This document shows positions 1 to 11,500 of a stretch of DNA of 64,000 nt, piece by piece. How positions within the stretch are numbered: the stretch's first letter is position 1; the number at the start of each line of letters is the position of its first letter. Below the pieces are notes generated by a model, which saw only the letters and a list, made by a program, of their open reading frames with translations, made no database searches and was not told where the DNA came from. The DNA is taken from NCBI GenBank assembly GCA_051362555.1, contig CM120646.1, positions 4,402,001 through 4,466,000 on the forward strand. The letters run 5' to 3'. This stretch comes from Lingula anatina (taxonomy: Eukaryota; Animalia; Brachiopoda). Both the position numbers and the translations under genes were made by a program.

Positions 1-174
1 TTTGTCATTTTTTTATTATTGTTATCATCATTATCATTATCATTATTAATATTATTATTATTATTATCTGAAGACACTTAAACATTTTTATTTCACAAAA
101 TAATAACTAGTTTAAGCTTTTCAACAAGAATCAGAATCAATAACATAGAAGATCTAAAATAGCATCACTCTTAC

Positions 175-991
175 CACTTTTCAGCCCATTTTGAACTGCT
201 ACCATGTATCTATAGTGATGTTCACCAGAATATTTGGGAACAACAATGATACCACTCTGCTTTCTCTGAAATTATAATGACCATTATAATTATAAGGCAA
301 AAGAAAAGAAAATAAAGGAAATGAAAAGTATGCCAAAATAAAACAATGATTTTATGAAGTTGATTACAGTTGAAACAAAATATTTTTCAGTTTTTTTGCC
401 ACAGTTGCTTATTTTATATTTTAAAAAAGTCTATTACAGAAATTCCTAAGAGAAAGCTATACTCTCATATGCATGCAGGCCAAACTTAAAGTTTTGTTTT
501 AGTACCTTCTTCCACTTCAGCCATATAATAAAGCTCATGGTGACAAACATGAGTCCAGCAAAAGCATATATAAAGGCGTAAGTAAGTCTGTTGTTTTTCA
601 CAAACTTAGGAGGCATTTTCAAGGTATTAGCTAGCAAAGAAACGAAAGGATGGAGCTTAGAAAATGGAAAACAAGGAAGAAAATCAAGGGCAAGGAGAAT
701 TAATAAAAAGCGTGGTTATTTTAAATATATAGACTATTAAAAATAGTGAAAGTAGGGTCTAATAAAAATGAGGCTCAAACTAAACAAAACACAAAAAGTG
801 GGTTGTTGATTATCAAAACACATGAAATATTGACAAACCAAATAAAAAAAATTACAATTTTTGCTAAAATGAATGGTGAAAAAACATAAAAGATGCAAAA
901 GTGTTAAATATAATTTGATGATATTCTTACCTCCATGGAGAGGTTGCAGGAGTAGCAACATCAACAGAACTTTGATCTTCAAGATCTTCAT
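175..991 (-). CDS. Partial (3' end off-window) membrane protein: signal peptide, short stalk, TM helix, start of PLAT-like domain; polycystin-1-like family suspected
   Basis: Exons 991-931, 630-506, 265-175 with GT-AG boundaries and matching phases (1,0,1) translate to MKILKIKVLLMLLLLQPLHGA-NTLKMPPKFVKNNRLTYAFIYAFAGLMFVTMSFIIWLKWKK-RKQSGIIVVPKYSGEHHYRYMVAVQNGLKS. The last part resembles the TM1-to-PLAT junction of PKD1-like proteins (Y.Y.v.V.tG). Family assignment is inference. Confidence 0.6.
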
Positions 992-1503
992 AACGGCAAA
1001 ATTCTTTTTATAAGATCTCCCTGTATCAAATAATATGAAGCCGTGTATGACAAACACGTAAATTAAAACAGAAGTCGCGATTCAGCGAATAAACGAGAAA
1101 TCATCGATATCTCAAAAACTTTGGACGGAGTTGACTTAAACTTCCGCCCAAATCTCACAAATGTCTGTTGCTAATTGACGTCACAGACAATCAACTCACG
1201 TGACCATTGTGCTGGGATGTGCGGTTGTGACATTTATACAGCCAACAAATCGAAAAAAAAAAAAAAAAAAAGGCTCACTAGCCAAATATTGGGGCTTTAA
1301 TAAATTACTTTAAAGAGGATATCTGTGGTCTATGTTATTTTTCGCATTTTGAATTTAATGCATGTACTGGTAGAGCTACTAAAAGAAAAAACACAGCAAG
1401 GCTGGCTACACTAAAGCAGCTAGTACGGGGCATTCAACAGCTCTGCACTTGGGTATTATGTTATATAATATATAATATTATATATTATGGGTAGGCTAAG
1501 CCA

Positions 1504-1563
1504 ACTCAGATTCCTTTGTCTGAAATATAAAGCCGTTTATATTTCAGACAAAGAAATCTAAGT
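1504..1563. repeat. 60-bp inverted repeat/hairpin
   Basis: 28-bp arms 1504-1531 and 1536-1563 with two mismatches, 4-nt loop. Confidence 0.9.
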
Positions 1564-1678
1564 GTAGTCCCCCCCCCCTCCACAACATGAACATATTGCT
1601 TTGAGTGAACTGCATGCTCATCTTTGCACGAAAAGAGACAAAAAATGACAAGACCCGCAGCCTCCTACTGTAGTAGAC

Positions 1679-1699
1679 CATGGACATATTATGTCCATG
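1679..1699. mobile_element. 21-bp palindromic transposon relic with 7-bp TSD (P-element-like termini)
   Basis: agtagac-CATGGACATA-t-TATGTCCATG-agtagac. Confidence 0.65.
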
Positions 1700-2095
1700 A
1701 GTAGACCTACCTTCCTCGGCCTAGGGCTACTTGAATTTGCTTTGGGAGCTTCCCCCTTCATTATTAAAGCTGGTTTCAATCACTTTATTATTTTTTATTT
1801 TATAAGTGAGGGAAAATATCTGACAAATTTCACCGTATATATATAGCCATTATATTTAAAACATTTTAGGTCAGTAAATCATAAATGGCCCAATGGAAAG
1901 CAGGTAGTAATGTTATTTCTGTTACGTACGTATGACCTCATATGAAAATGCGTAGGCCTATACAAATGGTCCAATGGGGAGATTAAAAAACAGGATGTAT
2001 TTAATACCGGAGTGCATAACCAAGAAGTTATAACTTCTTGGCATAACAGACCTTGGTTTTTTGAACGTCCTTTTAACCCCCGATCGTGTACACAG

Positions 2096-2418
2096 CAGGG
2101 CCGTAGCCTGAGCAAAATGCCAGGGGGGGGGGGGGGGCAGTAAGCGGACACAAGGGGGCGAAGCCCCCGAGGGGGGAGGGGGTGGGAGGGGGTGTCCCCC
2201 TCCCACGGTGTGGAAAAATTTTAAAAACTGTATGTATAATACTGCATTCTGGTGCATTTTAACATATGAGTGCATTTTCTCACAGAATTGATACCAACTT
2301 TGCAATTATTTTTTTTACCTTTGCGATTATTATTATTTTTTTTGCACCTCAAATCCCAGGGGGGCAGCTGCCACCCCCCCCCACCCCCCCCCACCCCCCG
2401 CCGGAGGCTACGGCCCTG
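2096..2418. mobile_element. MITE with CAGGG termini (hAT-like)
   Basis: 14-bp TIR cagggccgtagcct / aggctacggccctg with subterminal G and C runs. No intact TSD seen. Confidence 0.75.
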
Positions 2419-2813
2419 ATATAGGCCTACGACCGATTTCAGGGAAATAGGGCCTACTGCAAAAGTGCCTATAGCTAAAGGGCAAACGCAAACGAAGTCC
2501 GTACATATGGACATCAAGTTCCTAGGCTTTTATTGTCACGTGTTAAGTTAGTCATAAAAAGTAATGAATAAAAGCATTAAGTTATCGTCTTAATATTGGT
2601 TGTCCCACTTGTAACACCACTTGTAACAATAACTGGGAAAAGCCTGTCTTGAATAGCAGCGCCGCCCTATTATATTTACATTGAAACCAACGTGCGAAGT
2701 ACGCGAGACAGAAAATATTTGCCAGAGTAGTCTTGTTTTGAATTACTGATCAGGGTATAATCACGACCGGTTAAGCATTTTTAAACGATTACCTGGGAGG
2801 TTTATCATCAGGG

Positions 2814-5570
2814 ATGGATCAGGAACAAGCTCAGGTTTTGTTCCGGGAGGGAGCCATGCTGGTGTTTCTAGACGTGCCGCAGGGGACGGAGTTTGGGATC
2901 GACTGCCAGTCGTGGCGAGTTGGACCGAAGTTTAAGGGGGTGAAGATGATTCCTCCTGGCGTCCACTTTGTTTATTTCAGGTAATGTAAATTAATGTTTA
3001 ATATCCTGTTTACTTTGTGCTTATTTTTGTAGTCTTGAAATACGTGCGTGCACTTGGTGCGTTATTCAGTCTTAGTGATTGTGTGTGTGTGTTTGTTGGT
3101 GGTGGTGGTGGTGGGGGGGGGGGGGGGGGGCGAGCAATATTATTTTTGAAAGGCAAGAGAGAGGTGTATTGATACATGGCATATATAGGGGCCATTAATA
3201 TGTATAGAAAAGTAAATAATTGTTATTTTTGTACTTTCAGGCTACGATCCAAAATAATTTATGATAATATTGGATCCTAGTTTTAGTTCATTGAAAAATT
3301 CCAACATACTTAATGAAGAGTTGATGAAGAAAATTTATTCCATGTAAACTGTGTAATCTGTTGTTTCTAGTGCCTGCAGCAAGGAAGGTGATGTCAGTCC
3401 CAGGACAGGGTTCTTCTACCACTTCAAGAAGAGGGAGGTGCTCATCAAGAAATGGGACAAGAATACAGAAGGTACTTAATTGTCAGAATAATAAATCACT
3501 TACACTCCTTTTGGCGATAGATACTCCACTAAGTGAGGTCTTAGACCATCTATCTTGCTAACAAGTGGTTTATCAGAGTAACATGTATAATAAGATGCTG
3601 AGAGTGATTATTCAGACTGAGAGGCTCACTTCATGTTTGACATGCATTAATGGGAGATACATCTTACCTCAATCTTTTATTTTCTTTATACACTTTATAA
3701 CATTCCTGATTTTTGTCTGACACTCGAGATTTGAAGTATGCCACTCAGTTTAATCGCTTCACAAGTAATGTTATATATACCTTCAACTTGTATTCAAATG
3801 GATCCATTTTTCCCTTCATTTTGAGGTATGCTTTGTCAGCTTTTTTGCAACCTCTACAGTTGGCTGCCATATGTTAACTGTTAATGATTGCTATTTCAGA
3901 CATGAAGACCACTGAGGTGACTAAAGAGGAACAGGACAGAGTGGAATCCAACAGAAAAGAGTTAGATCAGTACCTTGGGGCATATCCGTATGACAGGTAC
4001 ACTCACACACATGCGGTTATTACTTAGTTAATTCAAACAACATGAATTTGAGAGAAATGCTTAATTTTTTCTTTGTAAAGATACTTAAAATGGTGATTCA
4101 GCAATTTGGATTTTTTAGAAATTCGGCTTGTTTTGAGTGTCTGAAATTGTTAAATCTCGAAAAAATTATTAAGATATCAGAAAATGTGAAGCCTTTGATG
4201 ACTCATAAATATCAAGATTGGATTTTTAGAAGAATTATTACTAAATGGTTTCAGTTTTGGATATGAAGCCTAAATTGTGAACATGTTATCTTTTTTTTTT
4301 TTAATTGAAATGTGTTCAACACATGAATTATAATCATATCAGATATTCTTTGCCTTTGGATTAAATTTTACAAAGAGGGACTGTCTTTTTAATGAAGCTC
4401 GTGATTATTCCAGTTACAAAAAGTGGGTGTCTCTTAGCAACCACATCACGGAGTCACTGGTGTCAAGGTTACAGCCACAGAGTGGTAAGATCACTGCGGT
4501 AACGCAGCTTGTATCTGAGGGGAGCACAACACAGTCCCGCAGAGAGAGGGCAGACAAGGAGATGGAGACAGCGCCATCTGGGACAAGACAAGACAAGGTT
4601 AGTTTTTCACTGGTATAAAATCTTGCAGTTGTTGCAAAGTTTTATCAGCTATTATAACATCTTACTGTTGTTGCTCACATCAACTAATACTTTTTCAATA
4701 GAAATTTTTTTTATGGTTTAAAATAATTTTTTTTTCTTCTGCTTGTTTTGAAAATGTTGAATTTGAGAAAAATGTCACTTGGTAGCTTGTTTTTATCAGC
4801 TGCGAGCTGTATCATAATATTACATCAAAACCTGCAGAATTTGGAAATTGGGTTTTTAAGATAAATTGTCAAAGATTTTCTATCAAGATAACCTATAAAT
4901 GGGACTAAAATTTATTGACATGTTATTCAGTGATAAGTTTAATTTTTCAACAACATTTCATGTCTAAAAGTTTTATTTCATCTCCCATTATCTCAAATAT
5001 CTGTAGGAAGTGGAATCACAGCTGCCAGAGTTAACAGTAGAACCAGGATCTAGGATAAACTTTTCCGACATTCCAAAACGAAAATACCCAGAGGGCGCCA
5101 CCCCTGCTCAGGTCACTCGGTACAGTATGGACAGCAGTCATGTGCTCAAAGTGATACTGGACACGCATTACGCAGACGATCCTATGGGTTTGCTAGGAGA
5201 ACTGCAGTTTGCATTCATCTGTTTTCTTATTGGACAAAATTACGATGGGTTTGAGCAGTGGAAAAAACTGGTGCATGTTTTGTGTACGTCTGACGAGGCG
5301 CTTGCTCTCCACCCTAACTTGTTTGGCGGACTGATCAGGGTTCTGTATTTCCAAGTCGGAGAAATACCGGAGGACTTCTTTGTTGATATTGTGTCCAGTA
5401 ACAACTTCTTGACTGCGACCCTGCAGATATTCTTTTCTAATTTAGAGGGCACTGACCCAGGATCAGACTTGAGGAAAAGAGGTCTGAAATTCCGGGAACA
5501 TTTAACAAAGAAATTCAAATGGGACTTCATGTCGGAGCCAGATGATGAAGCCCCTGTTATTGTGGAATAG
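2814..5570 (+). CDS. AAR2: Protein AAR2 homolog (U5 snRNP assembly factor), about 370 aa
   Basis: Exons 2814-2980, 3371-3471, 3900-3996, 4414-4597, 5007-5570, all GT-AG and in phase. Motifs [90 protein letters not shown]. Confidence 0.96.
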
Positions 5571-8381
5571 ATTGAAATTTGAAAGCACCTGGTCTAATTA
5601 ATAAGGGGGCAAAGACGAACAATTCTCAAAAGGAAACTGCCTTGTAAGCTCCAACTGGTACTTTTGACTTAATACCAGTAATAAAAACTATTTTTCACTC
5701 GAGTCTGAATGTATGTGTGCACCATTAGAAAAACATGACAGGAAGTATCAAAACTCCCAAGTTTAATTTGGGAACTTCACATTCTATTTGTGGGAGTTAC
5801 AACAATTACTATAACAACAGTTAAAGAGTTAATACATGATGTTTTAATGCTTTCTCCAGGTAACAAATACAGTACAAAACACTGGGAACATTAAATTGTA
5901 CAATAAAGAAAGAATACCTTGAATGAACTGGTCTGTTTTGATTTGAGTAGGTTTCTGCACTTAAATGGGTAACATTTGAGATTATTTCACTAAATGAATA
6001 TTAACTAGTTATATAGTAAAATCAGGTGTGTGTCTTATCATTTGATAGAGCCACTTGCTGGGGATGTTCAAGTCTTTGGCTAAAGACTACTGGCTATAGC
6101 CATTGGCTTAAGACTACAGCTTGTGAGCACTTCTTTCTCTGCCAGATTAAACTTGAAACAAAACAAAAGCTTTTCCCAATTGTGCATGTAGCGATTGAAA
6201 ATTAAATTATAACTTACATATCAATTTTACTAAATAGAAAACAATAACTATGTAACCACAGTCAATGCACCACTTTAGCATAGATAATTAAAGTGACCGG
6301 CCTACATCTTCCACCTTTTGGTTTCCAATCTTGTTTTTACATTCAAAGAAGGTTAAAACAAAAATCTGATAAGGTAAGGCAACACAATTGGGGATAAGGG
6401 AATAACAATTTTACAGAAATATTAAATTTCACAAAATCTTTTACCTATGATCATTTTGATCTATGTAGTTAACAGATATTATTTAATATGGCAAGTATAA
6501 GAGAACAACACGGGGCATGACTAATTAATATATGCTTACAACTAACACAACTAAATACAGTTAGAAAAGAAAATGCACAAATAAATACACAGAATGGATC
6601 CTGATTCTTTTAACGCATATCTAATTTTACTTGGTGTATTTCCTCTGAAATTATCTTTGAAGGGCTGCTTTGGTCAAGCAAATGCTGTACCTTTTCAAGA
6701 GTTGCCTCAATATATAATAATAGTTTATCTCATGCCAATACTGTGTAACTGTATTATATTACAAAAATAAACACCTTTGCTCATATTATGACTTCTTATC
6801 TACTTTAACAAGTATGTTGCTTTTAAAACAAAACGATAAAGTACAAATCCCATATTGCCACAAATATGTAGTGTAGAATTGAAAATGTCAAGCAAAATTT
6901 GAGGGAAACATTTATCCAGGTGAATTTGCGGTATAAAATCAAGCATTTTGCAGCTAAAATATTTGCAGGAATCACCTTATTTTCATATCTACATGATTTT
7001 GAGCTGGCATAAGGAACATAGTACCTATTTCTTACATTACTGAATGCAACATGTAATAGTGAGCACTGACTTTGCCGTTTTTCAAATTATTTTTTAATTT
7101 CATTTTTTTCAACAATTAAACCATGGGTGTTTGTAGCACTATTCATATGTACTCTCAAGTTGTTCGTAGTCAACATCATAATGATTAAATCTGTCTTTCT
7201 AATCAATCAAGGGAGGCTGATCAGAGAGTCGTACCAAATATGCAACATTGTCAGCTGTGCAATTTATTCCTTGGGACAAATGATCAGTTGAAAATTTTAT
7301 AACATTATAATATTACTGTATCACATATCTTCTTATCAAGAAGAAAGGGAAAAACTGAAAAAAATTACCATAAGACTGCAAAGAGCAGCATATTAACCAG
7401 TATCTTACTGTATCTATCCATGTTTTTTTTTCACCTCTGACCACATGATTACTTATTAAAACTGTCACCTCAGCTCCTTGTAAAGGAAAGATATACATAA
7501 TGGCTACTTTTTTTACAGTCACATCAGATTTTGACTGTGATTGTTAGTCACATTATCTGTTGTTGACCTTTTCACATTAAAACTGGTTCATTTAATACAA
7601 ACCATTTTAGGCAAAGTAAAATCGCATATTAAAAACACCTTATCATTTCTTCATTTACATTGGTGCTATAGAATCAATCATGGAATTTCTTATTTATATT
7701 ACACATTAAATATATATCTTATTACACATATGATGGGATTATATCAGTGTATTTATATATCATGATCAATATGGGTTTCCTGTGACATTGCACTTACTAT
7801 TCAATGCCATTAAAACTACAACTACAACTGATCCAGTCAGTTTAAAATGGAAGTACACCATGTGTTTATACACAGACACACACACGGACATTGCAATATC
7901 CCTACACCCCTTAGATGTTTAGTGAACTCCTCTGATGCACTCACATGGGAGGGCCCATTGTGCAATATAAGGGGTGCCTTGTAGAGCTTGCCTTGATAGG
8001 TATAAATGGGCCCATTTCCTTGCACTTACAATAATTAAATACATAAACAAACCAAAATAGTGTCTGTCCATAAAAAATCGTTACAAATGGCAGTGTTTTG
8101 CCCTTTCTGATCTCCAATTGTGTTTTTTTTTTACATCACTGAAGGAACTACGGGTGACAGCAATGGAAGGTGTCTATTGAATACATGAGCAAGACCAGGT
8201 ACTTCACCTCATCTTCTCTGACCTGACAACAGAGGATGCATTTTGAGAAGACTCTAGAAAGAACTCTAAGCTGACCACATTATATGCATACATCATTCAC
8301 GGGAAACTTGTGTTTACAATGATGGACATAACTTTGTTTTTATAGGACTCTAACAGTGCAATATGAAACTTCTACTCTTCA

Positions 8382-8512
8382 CCCATGCAACAAAGAATTA
8401 ACCAATCACAATTACTGGTTTCTTCACTCCTGGCCACCAAGAACCGGCCAATCAGAATCACCGGTTTCTTTGCCCATGGCAACCAAGAACTTAAACCAAT
8501 CAGAATTAATGG
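8382..8512. repeat. Three diverged ~47-bp tandem units, each with CCAATC, in the Cbl 3' UTR
   Basis: CCAATC at 8402, 8448 and 8496 in the shared context ccatg.caac.aagaa...ccaatca.aat. Confidence 0.7.
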
Positions 8513-8533
8513 GCCAAGCCCAAGATGAAAATG

Positions 8534-11500
8534 CTATGTCCTTGGGACAAATTGCTGCAATATTTCTCTTGCCATATCAATGTTATTTTTTGCAATCAGT
8601 AAGGCTCGTATTGCGGCACTGCGTGCATGTCCCTCTCGAAGTAGTTCGTCCAAATGTTGCTCATTAAGACTTCCACAGCGGTCGTCATTTTCTTTGTTAC
8701 TTTCTTTTAACTTGTCTCTTCTTGCAGGAGGAATTGGATTTTCTGTTGGACTGTAATGAAACAGGAAAGTATGATGAAATGCTTATCAATAAATCAGACT
8801 GAAAGGGAATATGTTAGAGATATTATCTATATATACCTTTATTTGCAGAAAATATGGTGAATTTGCCACATTTTGGTAACTTTTGCATTCAAATTGCACC
8901 AAATACTGATGTGAAAAAATTAACAAGGCAGCAAAGCTGTCAAATGTACAGACAAAAAACAGAAAATAAAGATGCAGAAAAAGGTCATTTTGTCAATTTT
9001 AATGCAATAATAAATAATGCTTATAATAGCACTGTCAGTCAACACTGAATTTTAATCATGTACAACAGGTAACATGGTCAATAACAGGAGTGGACCCTGA
9101 GATATTTTCTGACAGTATTCCAAAGTATCTATGTTGATCCATCCTCCATTTTGATGGTCTTCCAACAGAAAAAAATAGATACCAGTCAATATAAACTTAA
9201 TAACCTGTCTTCAAGAAGACCCAGAAGATGGTCGCAATCCACCCCTTCAATAAGATTACAGTTTCAGGACCATGAGAGACTATAGTCACATGATGAAAGT
9301 CTCAATATTTGAAAAATGATGACAGTGCATAAAATAATTTTATATAATGTTTAAAGACATAAAAAACAATACAATTGCTTAAGTGGAAATACAGAAAATG
9401 TGCAGAGCCTCGAGCAGATGAGAGTTAAAAGTCACAAATGCAAGTGTTTGAGAAAAAATTGTAAAGGAAAATATAACAAAACTAGAAAACCACCGAGAGT
9501 GCAGACCTCTGCCAAGGCAGCTATTGTTGATTATTGTTGATTATTGATTGATTATTGAGCCAGACCACCACTAAAAACTAATCATTGTCCTCTTTGGCCC
9601 AATTCTGACAGTTCCTGAAAATTTCAGCAAAATCGGTCCATAACTTTTTGAGTTATGTTGATGACAGACAAACAGGAATGAAAATATAACCTCCTAGGCA
9701 GAGCCTGAGGTAAATATAATTTCAATGAAGCTGCTATTCAAACTTTTTATCTTTGATTATATATATATATATAATAACCTGCATAATTATCAATGCTTCC
9801 TTATTATTAATCTAGCAGAGAGCTTAACATTTGGGAGTTTACAAGGAAATATCAACAAGTGTGCTTTATGTAATCTCCTTTAATGGCCTATCAATTAGGC
9901 AAATGATTTTATAACTCAGAAATTAGCTAAGTGATACCCAAGGGATTTTAACAGACTGACCCTCTCAAAGGTCTTTCAGGCCCATAAGTCACATCTTAAG
10001 AAAAGCACAAAACAATAATGCACAAAATAGGAGACTACCAATTCTGATGCAATAACACATTATGTTTTACTGCACAGTCAACATCAAATTTTAATTATGC
10101 ACAACAGGTAACAACGACGAAAGTAAAAGTATAAGGCTTCAGGCCCATCAGAGTTCAAGTTTATACTTAGAAAGTGCCAGAATGAGAAAAATGAAAATTT
10201 CACACAAAATTGCATAAATTCAATAATAAATGATAACCCTATTGACCTGGCTTTCTAATTTGAACTGCATGCCAATCCTAACAAGACAGCACTGTCCTGA
10301 AATGTGTTTTTTTCCATTTTTAACAATTTTTTTACATATAACAAAATTAACAATTTACTGCCATTTTTATATGATCAACTAAGAAAATTGATGAGATGGG
10401 AAAAATATCAATAGAACAGTGTTCAATGTCCAATTTCCTCCATTAGGAGTATCTGAACATAGTGAATGATTAAATCTGACAAACTGCAATGATATGAGTT
10501 TATTTCCATTTTTGAAACTCTATTATACAATACATGATACCAAGTTTACCATCATTTTTACATAATCAACTAACAATGTTGTAAAGATGCAGGAAATGTC
10601 AAACAAACACTTTTGCGAATCTTATTAGTTAAATAATGAGACTGTTAACATGCCTAAGAATTGAATCTGAGGAAATGTGAAAAAACAGCATAACTTATAA
10701 AATAATGGCCCGATTATGCTGATTTTCGAACTTGACCTGTGTTTTAGTAAGAATGATTACTCCTGTGAGTTTCATGACAACAGGCCCATCGGTTTTCCTT
10801 GAAATGTGTTAACAGTGTTGCATATATGCTAAAAAGTGAAAAAAACAGCATAACTACTAAAATAGTGGCCCGATCATGCCGATTTTCGAACTTGATCTGA
10901 GTCTTAGTAAGATTGATTACTCCTGTGAGTTTCATGACAACAGGCCTATCGGTTTTCCTTGAAATGTGTTAACAGTGTTGCATATATGCTAAAAAGTGAA
11001 AAAACAGCATAAATTCTACAATAATGGCCCGATCATGCTGATTTTCGAACTTGACCTGCGTTTTATGAATTTTAGTCAGCTATGTAAATATAAAGCCAAA
11101 AAGTAAAACTGTCTTCCACTTATGGTGTTAACGCTGAAAGTGCACGGCGACGGCGACGGCGACATGATCGGCGACGACAGACGCAGGTGATGGCAATATG
11201 TACAGACACATCTGTGTCTGTACATAAAAAGCAGAGACTAGGCCATGGTTTGCTGAACACAAAAAGCCTCACATCAACTGCAGACCCTAAGATTCTTGAA
11301 ATGCTTTGTCTACCATGGAAGGATTTTAAGTATGAAAACCAACTTCTGTATAGTCATTTGTATAGAGTAAAAAGAACTGATATTAGACAGCTTCTTCATT
11401 TCCAAACTTTCATGTACACCCACAGAAGTTGATTGTCAACTAAAAATCTTATTGATATGGAGATTTGAAAATGAAGAGGCATGGCTCAGATCTGAAGTGC

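Noticed and set aside
5240-5530. Antisense ORFs over exons (also 4414-4596, 11975-12241, 32608-32829, 41525-41794, 52954-53166)
   Set aside because: Shadow frames of real exons with no independent support.
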